Assembly (NCBI RefSeq): GCF_000007985.2
Contig: NC_002939.5
Location: 240,001 to 272,000 of the forward strand
Length of the DNA stretch: 32,000 nt
Origin: Geobacter sulfurreducens PCA
Lineage (GTDB): Bacteria > Desulfobacterota > Desulfuromonadia > Geobacterales > Geobacteraceae
Direction: 5' to 3'
In this document: positions 1 to 10,054 of the stretch, piece by piece
Layout: the number at the start of each line of letters is the position of its first letter
How positions within the stretch are numbered: position 1 is the stretch's first letter
Translations under genes and position numbers: made by a program
The notes under the pieces: generated by a model
What the model was told of the DNA's origin: nothing
The model's input: the letters and a program-made list of their open reading frames with translations, nothing else
Database searches by the model: none

Positions 1-775
1 TCCCGAGCCGGCCCAGAAAGGCGAAGAGCTCCTCCTGTTCTTTGTCGGAAAGGTCTGCGCCCAGCTCTTGAATCTTACGCTGAAGGGAGGGGCTGCGATC
101 CTCCAGCCCCAGAAAGACCTGGGGAATTTTCCGTTCGATCTGATCCAGGTCCCCGAGTCCCAGATCGTCGGCCGAGATGTTGAAATCGGCGGCTTCATCG
201 CCGGAGAGGTCCGGGATAGGGGCCTCGATCGCAAACTCCTCCTCCACCAGCAGACCATCGCGCTTTTTCTCGTCGTAGATGCGGAGGGCGTCCATGAGGA
301 CATTTTCCGTGTGGAGCGTGATTTCCTCATGGAGCTTTTCCGGGAAATAGCGGTACTCGTCGGAGACGCTGACCCGGTTCACGTCCAGATCAAAGGTGCC
401 CCGCCTCCAGGTGAGAATTTCCACCACCGTCAGCTCGATGAGGGCCTCAAGCCCCCGGTAGGCGTCCTCCTTGCGGACGCTGCCCCGTTCGAGAAGTGTT
501 GCCACCAGGGGTTTCCGTCCCGCTCCCGCCTCCTCCTGCTCCTGCAGGGCCTGCTCCAGGACCTCCTTGCTGATGACGCCGGCCTCTACGAGGATGTTGC
601 CGATCCGGACGCTGTTGTCGAAGTGATTGGCGCTGATGATGTAGCCGTCGTTGAAGACGAGCTGGGACTCTCCCTTGCGTCCCCGCACGGTGAGGGTGCC
701 TGACTTGCGGGTGGCGTGCAGCAGTTGGATGACGTCGACGATCGACAGGTGTTCCAGGTCACCGGTGAAAGACAT
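1..775 (-). CDS. DUF4388 (PatA-like N-terminal) domain protein; the C-terminal end runs off the left edge of the window
   Basis: Absent from the supplied ORF track because no stop lies inside the window. A reverse-strand ATG at 775..773 opens a stop-free frame to position 1: MSFTGDLEHLSIVDVIQLLHATRKSGTLTVRGRKGESQLVFNDGYIISANHFDNSVRIGNILVEAGVISKEVLEQAL... The GDL-x-x-x-x-(I/V)-x-D-V-I-Q-L-L ... SGTL ... G-x-I block is the DUF4388 signature. The plus-strand ORF 68..703 is its shadow. Confidence 0.7.
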   Translation of the reverse strand, partial: MSFTGDLEHLSIVDVIQLLHATRKSGTLTVRGRKGESQLVFNDGYIISANHFDNSVRIGNILVEAGVISKEVLEQALQEQEEAGAGRKPLVATLLERGSVRKEDAYRGLEALIELTVVEILTWRRGTFDLDVNRVSVSDEYRYFPEKLHEEITLHTENVLMDALRIYDEKKRDGLLVEEEFAIEAPIPDLSGDEAADFNISADDLGLGDLDQIERKIPQVFLGLEDRSPSLQRKIQELGADLSDKEQEELFAFLGRLG

Positions 776-974
776 GAGGCGGTTCTCCTTGCAGGGGGCG
801 TCAGGATGCGCCCGGTCCAGCCCTGGACCGTCAGGGGGGCGACTTTCCCCGCTGGACCCAGGTTCAATTAAACTCGATAACGAGCGCCCCTTCAAGTACA
901 CCTATCGGAAAGAAACGGAATTGCTTGAGGAAACCTTTCCGCAGTCCGTCCGCTGAAGCTGAAAAGCGCATGCG

Positions 975-998
975 TTCGGCGCCGAATCCGGGTATACT
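975..998 (+). promoter_or_regulatory. Candidate operator/promoter upstream of the yceH-like gene: 12-bp perfect palindrome plus a -10-like hexamer
   Basis: TTCGGCGCCGAA (975..986) is a perfect palindrome and lies 6 nt upstream of TATACT (993..998). The AAAGGAG ribosome-binding site and the ATG at 1031 follow about 30 nt downstream. I found no convincing -35. Confidence 0.25.
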
Positions 999-1030
999 GC
1001 GAGGCCAACCCCAACGACAAAGGAGACCCT

Positions 1031-1690
1031 ATGGAGATACTTCTGAACGACGTGGAGGTGCGGGTTCTCGGCTGCCTGATCGAAAAGGAGCTGGCGACCC
1101 CCGAGTACTATCCCCTCACCCTCAACAGCCTCACCACGGCCTGCAACCAGAAGTCGAACCGGGATCCGGTCATGGCCCTGGAGGAGTCCGAGGTGGTGCG
1201 GGCTCTGGACGGCCTGAAGATGAAGCATGTGGCGATCCAGGCGGCCGATTCGGGGCGGGTTCCCCGCTATCGCCATATCCTGTCGGAGCGGCTGCGGTTC
1301 TCCCCGGCCGAACTGGCGATCCTGGCAGAGTTGCTCCTGCGGGGGCCCCAGACCCTGGGGGAGCTGCGTACCCGCGCGGAGCGGATGCATCCCTTTGCCG
1401 ATCTGGCTGCCGTGGAGCAGGTGCTGGGCGAACTGGCGGAGCGCACCCCGCCTCTCGTGATGCGGCTTCCCCGTCAGCCCGGCCGCAAGGAATCCCGTTT
1501 CGCCCATCTGCTGGCCGGAGAGCCGGACCTGTCGGCCGAGGAGCGGACGGCCCCGCCGGAGGGGGCACGGCTTCAGGTCATGGCGGAGAATGAGCGGATT
1601 GCCGCGCTGGAGTTGGAGGTGGCGACGCTCAGGGCGGAAGTGGGCGAGTTGCGACAGGTGATGGAAGAGTTCAGGTCCCAGTTCGAGTGA
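1031..1690 (+). CDS. yceH: YceH family protein (DUF480 / UPF0502)
   Basis: 219 aa. The N-terminus MEILLNDVEVRVLGCLIEKELATPEYYPLTLNSLTTACNQKSNRDPVM and the later LLLRGPQTLGELRTRAERMHPF ... RLPRQPGRKESRFAHLL blocks match my memory of E. coli YceH almost motif for motif. A coiled-coil tail is present. AAAGGAG lies upstream of the ATG. Confidence 0.85.
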   Translation: MEILLNDVEVRVLGCLIEKELATPEYYPLTLNSLTTACNQKSNRDPVMALEESEVVRALDGLKMKHVAIQAADSGRVPRYRHILSERLRFSPAELAILAELLLRGPQTLGELRTRAERMHPFADLAAVEQVLGELAERTPPLVMRLPRQPGRKESRFAHLLAGEPDLSAEERTAPPEGARLQVMAENERIAALELEVATLRAEVGELRQVMEEFRSQFE

Positions 1691-1704
1691 GAGGGGAGAG
1701 CGTC

Positions 1705-2517
1705 ATGACGGACAAGCGTTTCCTGACCCCGGCCGAGGCACTGAACGCAACGGTTGAGAACGGCCGGCGTGTTCTGACCCAGTCCCTCGCCCGCACGGTG
1801 CTCCTGAGCCTGCTGGCCGGGTTCTACATCGCCTTCGGCGCCCAGCTGGCAACGGTGGTGACCCAAGACGCAGCGCTCCATGTGGGGCAGGGGGTCGCCC
1901 GGCTCCTGGGGGGCAGTGTCTTTTCGGTGGGTCTCATGCTGGTGGTGATTTGCGGGGCGGAGCTCTTCACCGGCAACAGCCTTCTGACCGTGGCGCTTCT
2001 GCACGGCGAGATCACCTGGGTGAAGATGCTTGAGAACTGGGGAGTGGTGCTCCTGGGGAACCTGGCGGGCTCCCTCTTCTTCGCCTGGCTCATGGTGGAG
2101 TCCAGGCTCTGGGAGAACGGGGCCGTGGGCGACCAGGCGGTGAGGATCGCTGCGGCCAAGTGCGCCATCCCCTTCGGCGCCGCCCTCATCCGGGGTATCC
2201 TCTGCAACTGGCTCGTCTGCCTGGCGGTCCTCATGGCCACGGCGGCCCGGGACGTGGGGGGCAAGATGCTCGCCTGCTACGTCCCCATCATGACCTTCGT
2301 GACCAGCGGCTTCGAACACTCGGTGGCCAACATGTACTTCATCCCCACGGGACTCCTGGTGGCCGGCGCCCGGGGCACGACGGAGCCGGACCTTTCCTGG
2401 GGCGCATTCATGGGGAACGTGGTGCCGGTCACCATCGGCAATGTCATCGGCGGGGTGATCTTCGTGGCTATTGCCTACTGGTTCATCCACCTGAAAAAAG
2501 AGGGGAAACAGGCCTAA
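1705..2517 (+). CDS. Formate/nitrite transporter (FNT) family channel (FocA/NirC/HSC-like; substrate not assignable)
   Basis: Track ORF 1687..2517. I prefer the ATG at 1705 (MTDKRF...), which is preceded by GGGGAGAG. FNT hallmarks are present: FTGNSLL, LGNLAGSLFFAWL, CNWLVCLAV, FVTSGFEHSVANMYFIP and about 6 TM segments. Confidence 0.85.
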   Translation: MTDKRFLTPAEALNATVENGRRVLTQSLARTVLLSLLAGFYIAFGAQLATVVTQDAALHVGQGVARLLGGSVFSVGLMLVVICGAELFTGNSLLTVALLHGEITWVKMLENWGVVLLGNLAGSLFFAWLMVESRLWENGAVGDQAVRIAAAKCAIPFGAALIRGILCNWLVCLAVLMATAARDVGGKMLACYVPIMTFVTSGFEHSVANMYFIPTGLLVAGARGTTEPDLSWGAFMGNVVPVTIGNVIGGVIFVAIAYWFIHLKKEGKQA

Positions 2518-2520
2518 CCG

Positions 2521-4806
<2,286 letters not shown>

Positions 4807-4886
4807 GGAAAGTCCTCTGTTCCGGGGGAGTTGGGAAAGGCGGGCATCCTACCACAGGGGGCGGCGTTTGAAAAGCGGGGAAGGCT

Positions 4887-5303
4887 TCAGTGCCGGTCCA
4901 TGCGGCAGGTGCCGCCGTCGCAGCGGGATGCGCGTTTGGGAAGGTACCTGCGGATGCGGGCGAATCCCCGGTAGCCGAGCCGGGCCAGGAGGTTGAACCC
5001 CGGCAGCATCACGAGGGTGCCGAGGAGCCCGTAGAAGGTTGAGGCGGGGAAGGCCTGCCAGATGGCCCAGAAGCCTTCCACTCCCCGGTAGGCGCGGCCA
5101 TCCCGGTCGATGGCGTGCATCTGCGCCATGAACGCCTCCAGGGTGATGCCCCAGGGGGACGGGTCGAAGGCGGGATCGCTGATGTCCACGAAGACGAGCC
5201 GTCCCCCGTGGTTTTTGCGCCGGTAGACCGCCATTTCGGCCGCGCAGACGGAGCAGGCGCCGTCATAGAAGACGGTGAGGGGGAATGCCGGAGGGGTCGG
5301 CAC
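4887..5303 (-). CDS. Thiol-disulfide oxidoreductase, DCC family (DUF393)
   Basis: This is the C-terminal part of track ORF 4887..5663. The upstream 120 codons are Pro/Arg/Gly-rich read-through across the MaoC gene. The recognisable domain starts at GTG 5303..5301: (M)PTPPAFPLTVFYDGACSVCAAEMAVYRR..., containing the family D-G-x-C-x-x-C motif. Confidence 0.75.
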   Translation of the reverse strand: MPTPPAFPLTVFYDGACSVCAAEMAVYRRKNHGGRLVFVDISDPAFDPSPWGITLEAFMAQMHAIDRDGRAYRGVEGFWAIWQAFPASTFYGLLGTLVMLPGFNLLARLGYRGFARIRRYLPKRASRCDGGTCRMDRH

Positions 5304-5314
5304 GGTGCGCCGCC

Positions 5315-5791
5315 TCAGGGATAGACCCGCACCACCTGCTCGGCCACGCAGGCGGGCTTGTCCTTGCCCTCGATCTCCACGGTGATCTCGTAGGTGATCT
5401 GGACCGCCCCGGCCAGGGGCTCCACCGCCTTGAGCAGGGTGCGCGCCCGGAGCCGGGAGCCCACGATTACCGGCTGGGGAAAGCGGACCCGGTTCAGGCC
5501 GTAGTTGACCCGCAGCCGCATGCCGGGGTAGTTGCGCTGGAAGAAGTCCGGATGGTTCGCCTCCGTGAGGCAGGGGAGGAGGGAGAGGGTCAGAAAGCCG
5601 TGGGCCACGGTGGCGCCGTAGGGGGATTCGCGCCGGGCCCGCTCCGGGTCGGTGTGGATCCACTGGATGTCGCCGGTTACGTGAGCGAACCGGTCGATCC
5701 GCTCCTGGTCGACGGTGAGCCAGGGGCCCACGTGGGTTTCAGTGCCGAGTTTCGGGGCAAGGAATGCGATCAGGTCGTCCGCTGCCGACAT
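5315..5791 (-). CDS. MaoC-like (R)-specific enoyl-CoA/ACP hydratase/dehydratase (hotdog fold, NodN-like)
   Basis: Track ORF 5315..5818. I prefer the ATG at 5791 (MSAADDL...), which is preceded by GGAGG. FAHVTGDIQWIHTDPERARRESPYGATVAHGFLTLSLL is a typical MaoC dehydratase core. Confidence 0.8.
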   Translation of the reverse strand: MSAADDLIAFLAPKLGTETHVGPWLTVDQERIDRFAHVTGDIQWIHTDPERARRESPYGATVAHGFLTLSLLPCLTEANHPDFFQRNYPGMRLRVNYGLNRVRFPQPVIVGSRLRARTLLKAVEPLAGAVQITYEITVEIEGKDKPACVAEQVVRVYP

Positions 5792-5817
5792 AGAACCTCC
5801 GTGAAATCTGCCGTTCA

Positions 5818-5849
5818 CTGTAGGGGCAATTCGTGAAGTGCCCCTACAG
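5818..5849 (-). other. Perfect 11-bp stem / 10-nt loop hairpin between the radical-SAM A stop and the MaoC start
   Basis: CTGTAGGGGCA (5818..5828), a 10-nt loop, then TGCCCCTACAG (5839..5849). It sits 3 nt downstream of the TAG stop at 5855..5853 on the minus strand. No U-tract follows it. Confidence 0.5.
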
Positions 5850-5852
5850 CGG

Positions 5853-7238
5853 CTATTGAGGCTGGGAAAGCGGTTTCGCGTGGCTCCGTCCCAGCCGCTT
5901 GATCAGTTTCCACAGGGGACCGCGCACCGGGAAGTGGCGCATGGCCTCCAGCATGGCGTCGCTCATGTTGATCTCCAGTCCCGGCGCCACCCAGTTCCGC
6001 CGCGTCATGGCCCCGTCAGTGACGAGTTCCCCCAGCACGTCCCTGATGGCGGGGGCCAGGTAGAAGGTCGGTTCCAGGAGCGGTTCATCCGGCGTCACCA
6101 TCCCCTCGGCCACGGCCCGTTCGAAGAGGGGGGTGCCGGGGAAGATCCGGATGCCGGTCATGGCGATGACCGCGGTGGGGGCCACCTCGTCCATGAGGGC
6201 GAAGCTCTCGGCAATGGTCGCCGGGGTTTCGCCGGGGCCGCCGAAGAGGATGTAGTGGGCAAAGTCGACCCCCAGCTCGCGGCAGATGCGGGACGACTCC
6301 CGGATCTGTGCCACGCCGAAGGACTTGCCCAGGTTGCGGAGCATGGCTGGCGAGCCCGAGTCGGTGCCGAACTCCACGGCGTCGCAGCCGGCGGCCACCA
6401 TGGATTCCATGAGGCGCGGGGTGATGAACTGGGGGTTTATGAAGGCCGACCAGCCCATGGTGAGACCCGAGGCTATCATGGCCCGGCAGAGCTCCTCGGC
6501 AAAGTCGGGAGGGTAGTTGAAGATGTCGTCCACGAAGTAGACGTAGTCGATGCCGGCATCGGCCAGTTCCCGCAGTTCGGCCACGATCTCCGCCGTCGGC
6601 CGGAGCCGCATGCGCCGTCCCTCCAGGAGCGGATAGGTGCAGTAGATGCAGCCGAAGGGGCATCCCCGCTTCGTCTGGATGTTGGCCATCCCCCCCTCCC
6701 GCCGGTAGCGGGCCAGGGCGAAGAGGCGCCGGTCCGGGGCGGCGATCCGCTCCACCGGCCGGGGCGGCGCAAAGGCCCCGGCGCCGGCCACCACTCCCGG
6801 CAAACCCGCCGGGGACTCGCCCCGCTCAATGCAGGCCAGGAGCTCGGGCAGGATCTCCTCTCCCTCGCCCGCCACGCCGAGGTCACCGCCGGTGAAGGCG
6901 AGGAGTTCGGCGGGCATGAGGGAGAAGCCCGATCCCCCCAGGATGGTGGTGGCTATGCCCCGGCAGCGGTCCACGATGGCCTTGACCCCGGCCACGTAGG
7001 AGCGGGAGCCGGGCCAGGTGACGTTGTCGATGTTGCGGACGGAGATGATCACGGCCTGGGGGGTAAAATCCGCCAGAGCCGCGGTCACGGCCTCCTCCGG
7101 ATCGGCTTCGAAGCAGAGGTCCAGGGCCCGGAGCTCGTGGCCGGCCGCCTCCAGGGACGGGACCAGGCAGGCGAGCCCCAGGGGAAAGACCGGGTAGGGG
7201 CTCCGCTCCCGGTTTGCCGACACGAGGAGGAGCCTCAT
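5853..7238 (-). CDS. B12-binding-domain radical SAM enzyme (class B), here called rSAM-A
   Basis: 461 aa. The N-terminal Rossmann-like MRLLLVSANRERSPYPVFPLGLACLVPSLEAAGHELRALDL is typical of B12-binding rSAMs. The CxxxCxxC motif is KRGCPFGCIYCTY. Its ATG overlaps the upstream thioesterase stop (ATGA). Confidence 0.85.
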   Translation of the reverse strand: MRLLLVSANRERSPYPVFPLGLACLVPSLEAAGHELRALDLCFEADPEEAVTAALADFTPQAVIISVRNIDNVTWPGSRSYVAGVKAIVDRCRGIATTILGGSGFSLMPAELLAFTGGDLGVAGEGEEILPELLACIERGESPAGLPGVVAGAGAFAPPRPVERIAAPDRRLFALARYRREGGMANIQTKRGCPFGCIYCTYPLLEGRRMRLRPTAEIVAELRELADAGIDYVYFVDDIFNYPPDFAEELCRAMIASGLTMGWSAFINPQFITPRLMESMVAAGCDAVEFGTDSGSPAMLRNLGKSFGVAQIRESSRICRELGVDFAHYILFGGPGETPATIAESFALMDEVAPTAVIAMTGIRIFPGTPLFERAVAEGMVTPDEPLLEPTFYLAPAIRDVLGELVTDGAMTRRNWVAPGLEINMSDAMLEAMRHFPVRGPLWKLIKRLGRSHAKPLSQPQ

Positions 7239-7657
7239 GCCCCCTCCGTCCAGGCGAGCAGCCGTTCCAGCCGTTCGCCCACTGCGGGGGGAAGGCGGTA
7301 CTGGAGCACCCCGTCCCGGTCGGTGAGGGCGTGAACGGTGCGCCCCCGCGCGTAGAGGGTGCCGTCGGCTCCAAGGATGCGGGTGGCGAATTCGATGGTG
7401 GCCGTTTCGGTCCTGCGGGCCGTGGTCATGATCCGCAGTTCCTCGTTGAAACGGGCCGGTCGGCGATAGGAGAGCTCCAGGTCCACGACCGGCGCCAGGT
7501 ATCCCAGCTCGCCGATCTGGGCCGCGTCGAGCCCGAATCGCCCCGCCAGGTCGTTGCGCCCCACCTCCAGCCAGGCCACGTAGTGGCCGTGCCAGGCAAC
7601 GCCGTAGGAGTCAACCTCGTTGAAACGGACGGTGAGTGGTGTCTCGTGTTCCCGCAT
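7235..7657 (-). CDS. Acyl-CoA/acyl-ACP thioesterase, 4HBT/YbgC-like hotdog fold
   Basis: This is the C-terminal 140 codons of track ORF 7235..8395; the upstream part is out-of-frame read-through of the FabD-like gene. The ATG at 7657 gives MREHETPLTVRFNEVDSYGVAWHGHYVAWLEVGRNDL..., a typical 4HBT thioesterase N-terminus (R/V-x-x-x-D-x-x-G-x-x-x-H). GGGGGAGG lies just upstream. Confidence 0.8.
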   Translation of the reverse strand: MREHETPLTVRFNEVDSYGVAWHGHYVAWLEVGRNDLAGRFGLDAAQIGELGYLAPVVDLELSYRRPARFNEELRIMTTARRTETATIEFATRILGADGTLYARGRTVHALTDRDGVLQYRLPPAVGERLERLLAWTEGA

Positions 7658-7658
7658 G

Positions 7659-8501
7659 CTACCTCCCCCGCTCGCTTTCGATCCACCGGTTGTACTTGCG
7701 GAGGGAATCACCCGCCCCCACCTCGTAAAGACGGTCGACGCCGGCGGCGCGCAGGGCGCGGTAGGTGCGCTCCCACCGGACCGGCTCCATGAGGTCCCGG
7801 ACCATGAACACCGGCAGGTCTGCGGCGGCCAGGAAGTCCTGGTCGATGTGGTCCACCAGGGGGACGGACGGCTCCCGGTAGCGGTAATCGCCGGCAACGG
7901 CAGCAAGCTCTTCTGCCACCTCCGCCATGAGCGGGGTGTGGAGCGGGGCGTCGCACGGAAAGAGCCTGGCCGAGAAGGCGCCGCGGGCCAGGGCCTCGGC
8001 GCAGGCGTCCTCCATGGCCCCCCGTTCGCCGGCCAGGAGAAAGTGGCGGGACGTATTGTGATTGGCAAGGTACACGCCGTTGTTCTCGGCAATGACCAGG
8101 AGGGGTTCCAGGGTGAGCCCCACCATGCAGCCGAGGGCGTAGGTCCGTTGTCTCCCCATGGCGGCCATGGTCCTGCCGAGGCGGACGGCGAGCTCCAGGG
8201 CGTCCCCCTCATCCAGGGCGCCGGCCGCGGCCAGGGCGGGGTAGATCCCCATGCTGTGCTCGGCGATGAGCCGGGGCGCGATCCCCTCGGCCCTGAGCCG
8301 GCGGGTCCGGTAGAGCCCCATGGCCACGCCGTAGGCCTGGAGTGCCACGGTATCGCTGGACGGCTCGCCGGTCCAGGAAAAGGTGTGCAGGTCAAAGGAG
8401 GCCCGCTGCCGCGTCAAAAGGGCAATGGCCTCGAAATCCGCGTCCTCCGGGAATTCGACCGGGGGCGCGAGGGGTTGTCCGGGAAACATGAAGCAGATCA
8501 T
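7659..8501 (-). CDS. FabD-like acyltransferase ([acyl-carrier-protein] S-malonyltransferase family)
   Basis: Track ORF 7659..8609. I prefer the ATG at 8501 (MICFMFPGQ...), 2 nt after the upstream stop. The FPGQ N-terminus and the nucleophile elbow AEHSMG (GHSxG-type) support the family call, along with a later HTPLM-type motif (LHTPLMAEV). Confidence 0.8.
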   Translation of the reverse strand: MICFMFPGQPLAPPVEFPEDADFEAIALLTRQRASFDLHTFSWTGEPSSDTVALQAYGVAMGLYRTRRLRAEGIAPRLIAEHSMGIYPALAAAGALDEGDALELAVRLGRTMAAMGRQRTYALGCMVGLTLEPLLVIAENNGVYLANHNTSRHFLLAGERGAMEDACAEALARGAFSARLFPCDAPLHTPLMAEVAEELAAVAGDYRYREPSVPLVDHIDQDFLAAADLPVFMVRDLMEPVRWERTYRALRAAGVDRLYEVGAGDSLRKYNRWIESERGR

Positions 8502-8503
8502 GG

Positions 8504-9796
8504 TCAGGAGGCTTTCGTTTTGTCGGATTTTCGGATGGCGCTGCGGAACCCCAGGTTCATGGGGCCGAAGACCTGTACCGAGCGGTGCAGCTTGCCGATG
8601 CGCCGCCACATGGAGCCGAAGGAGTAGAAGGAGCGGTTGAGCCAGTCGTGCCCATCCTGGAGCTCCCGGGCGGTCATTCCCGTGGGGCGGAAGGTCACGT
8701 GCCCCATGTCGTAGTCGCGCCAGTCGTTGGAGGTGATCCGCCCCTCGGCCTCCAGCCGCCGGCGTACGGCGGTACCGGGGTAGGGGGTGAGGATCGGGAA
8801 GATGGCCGCCTCGATCCGGGCCTCTTCGCAGAAGCGGAGGATGCGTCCGAAGGAGTCCGGGGTGTCGCCGTCGTAGCCCAGGACAAAGGACCCGAGGATG
8901 CCGATGCCGTGGTCCCGGAATTTCCGGGCCTGGTCCAGGAACGCGGAGGAGCTGTTGGTCACCTTTCCCATGGCGGCCAGGGCCTCCTGGTCCAGGGACT
9001 CGAATCCCACGAACATGCCGATGCAGCCCGATTCGCCGGCGGCCCGCATCAACTCCTCATCACCGGCGAAATCGATGGGGGCATGGGAGAGCCACTTGAA
9101 TCCCATTCCCTTCATCCCCCGGAACAGGGGCAGGGCGTAGCGGCGGTCGGCCACCAGGTTGTCGTCCACGAAAAAGGCAAAGGAATTGGCCTTGCGCAGG
9201 GTTTCCAGCTCGGCCAGCACCGCTTCGACGGGGCGCTCCCGGTACTTGCGGCCGTAAAAAGCGGTGACCGAGCAGAATTCGCAGTCAAAGGGGCAACCCC
9301 GGGTGGTCTGGAGGGTGTTGGTCAGCAGATACCCCTTGCCGGCGAAGATCTCGCGCCGGGCCACCGGGATCGATGCCATGGGCAGGAGCCCCGGGGACCG
9401 GTAGAGGCGCTGGAGCCGGCCCGCCTGGAAATCCGCCAGCAGCAGGGGCCAGGAGAGTTCCCCTTCGCCCACCACCACGGCGTCCACGTGGCCGAGGGCC
9501 TCGTCCGGGAGATTGCTGGCGTGGAATCCCCCCATGACGACGGTTTTTCCCCGGGCGCGGAAGCCGGCGGCGATCTCGTAGGCCCGGGGCGCCTGGGGGG
9601 TCATGGCGGTGATGGCCACCAGATCGCACGGGGCATTGAAGTCGATGGTCTCCCGGCTCTCGTCGCAGAGGGCCGCGTCCCACTCGGGCGGAGTAACCGC
9701 AGCCAGGGCGGCCAGGGCAAGGGACGGGAACTTGAAGCCCAGTTCGCCCCAGAGCCTGCCCCGGGGCCAGCCCGGCGCCACGAAGAGAATCTTCAT
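8504..9796 (-). CDS. B12-binding-domain radical SAM enzyme (class B) with a DUF4070-like tail, here called rSAM-B; paralog of rSAM-D
   Basis: 430 aa. B12-binding-like block: DLVAITAMTPQAPRAYEIAAGFRARGKTVVMGGFH...DAVVVGEGE. The CxxxCxxC motif is TRGCPFDCEFCSV. ILTPYPGTA is also present. Its ATG overlaps the ACP stop (ATGA). Confidence 0.85.
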   Translation of the reverse strand: MKILFVAPGWPRGRLWGELGFKFPSLALAALAAVTPPEWDAALCDESRETIDFNAPCDLVAITAMTPQAPRAYEIAAGFRARGKTVVMGGFHASNLPDEALGHVDAVVVGEGELSWPLLLADFQAGRLQRLYRSPGLLPMASIPVARREIFAGKGYLLTNTLQTTRGCPFDCEFCSVTAFYGRKYRERPVEAVLAELETLRKANSFAFFVDDNLVADRRYALPLFRGMKGMGFKWLSHAPIDFAGDEELMRAAGESGCIGMFVGFESLDQEALAAMGKVTNSSSAFLDQARKFRDHGIGILGSFVLGYDGDTPDSFGRILRFCEEARIEAAIFPILTPYPGTAVRRRLEAEGRITSNDWRDYDMGHVTFRPTGMTARELQDGHDWLNRSFYSFGSMWRRIGKLHRSVQVFGPMNLGFRSAIRKSDKTKAS

Positions 9797-10050
9797 TTCC
9801 GGTTGGCGGCGATATGGTCGGCCATGCTTCGGACCGACGCGAAGACCTTGGTGCCGGTGGCGGCGTCGGGGACCACCACGCCGAAATCCTTCTCCATGGC
9901 CACCACGAGTTGGAGGGCGTCGATGGAATCGAGGCCGAGCCCTTCGCCGAAGAGGGGGGCGTCGGTGTCGATGTCGTCGGGGGACATTCCCTCGATCCGG
10001 AGGGCGTCGATGATCATCTGCTTTACCTGCACAATAAGTTGGTCGGACAT
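9793..10050 (-). CDS. Acyl carrier protein (dedicated, cluster-associated)
   Basis: 85 aa and acidic. LGLDSIDALQLVVAMEKDFG carries the D-S phosphopantetheine attachment motif at the start of helix II. Confidence 0.85.
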   Translation of the reverse strand: MSDQLIVQVKQMIIDALRIEGMSPDDIDTDAPLFGEGLGLDSIDALQLVVAMEKDFGVVVPDAATGTKVFASVRSMADHIAANRK

Positions 10051-10054
10051 GCGG

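Noticed and set aside
68-703. 211-aa plus-strand ORF at the left edge
   Set aside because: The opposite strand encodes a DUF4388 protein with a clear motif and runs open to the window edge. The plus-strand translation has no recognisable features.
5304-5663. N-terminal 120 codons of track ORF 4887..5663. Similar extensions: 7658..8395 of ORF 7235..8395, 15321..15593 of ORF 15321..16880, and 8502..8609 of ORF 7659..8609
   Set aside because: These upstream parts read through the neighbouring gene in a different frame and give Pro/Arg/Gly-rich sequence. The recognisable domains begin at internal ATG or GTG codons placed right after the upstream stop, often with a ribosome-binding site.
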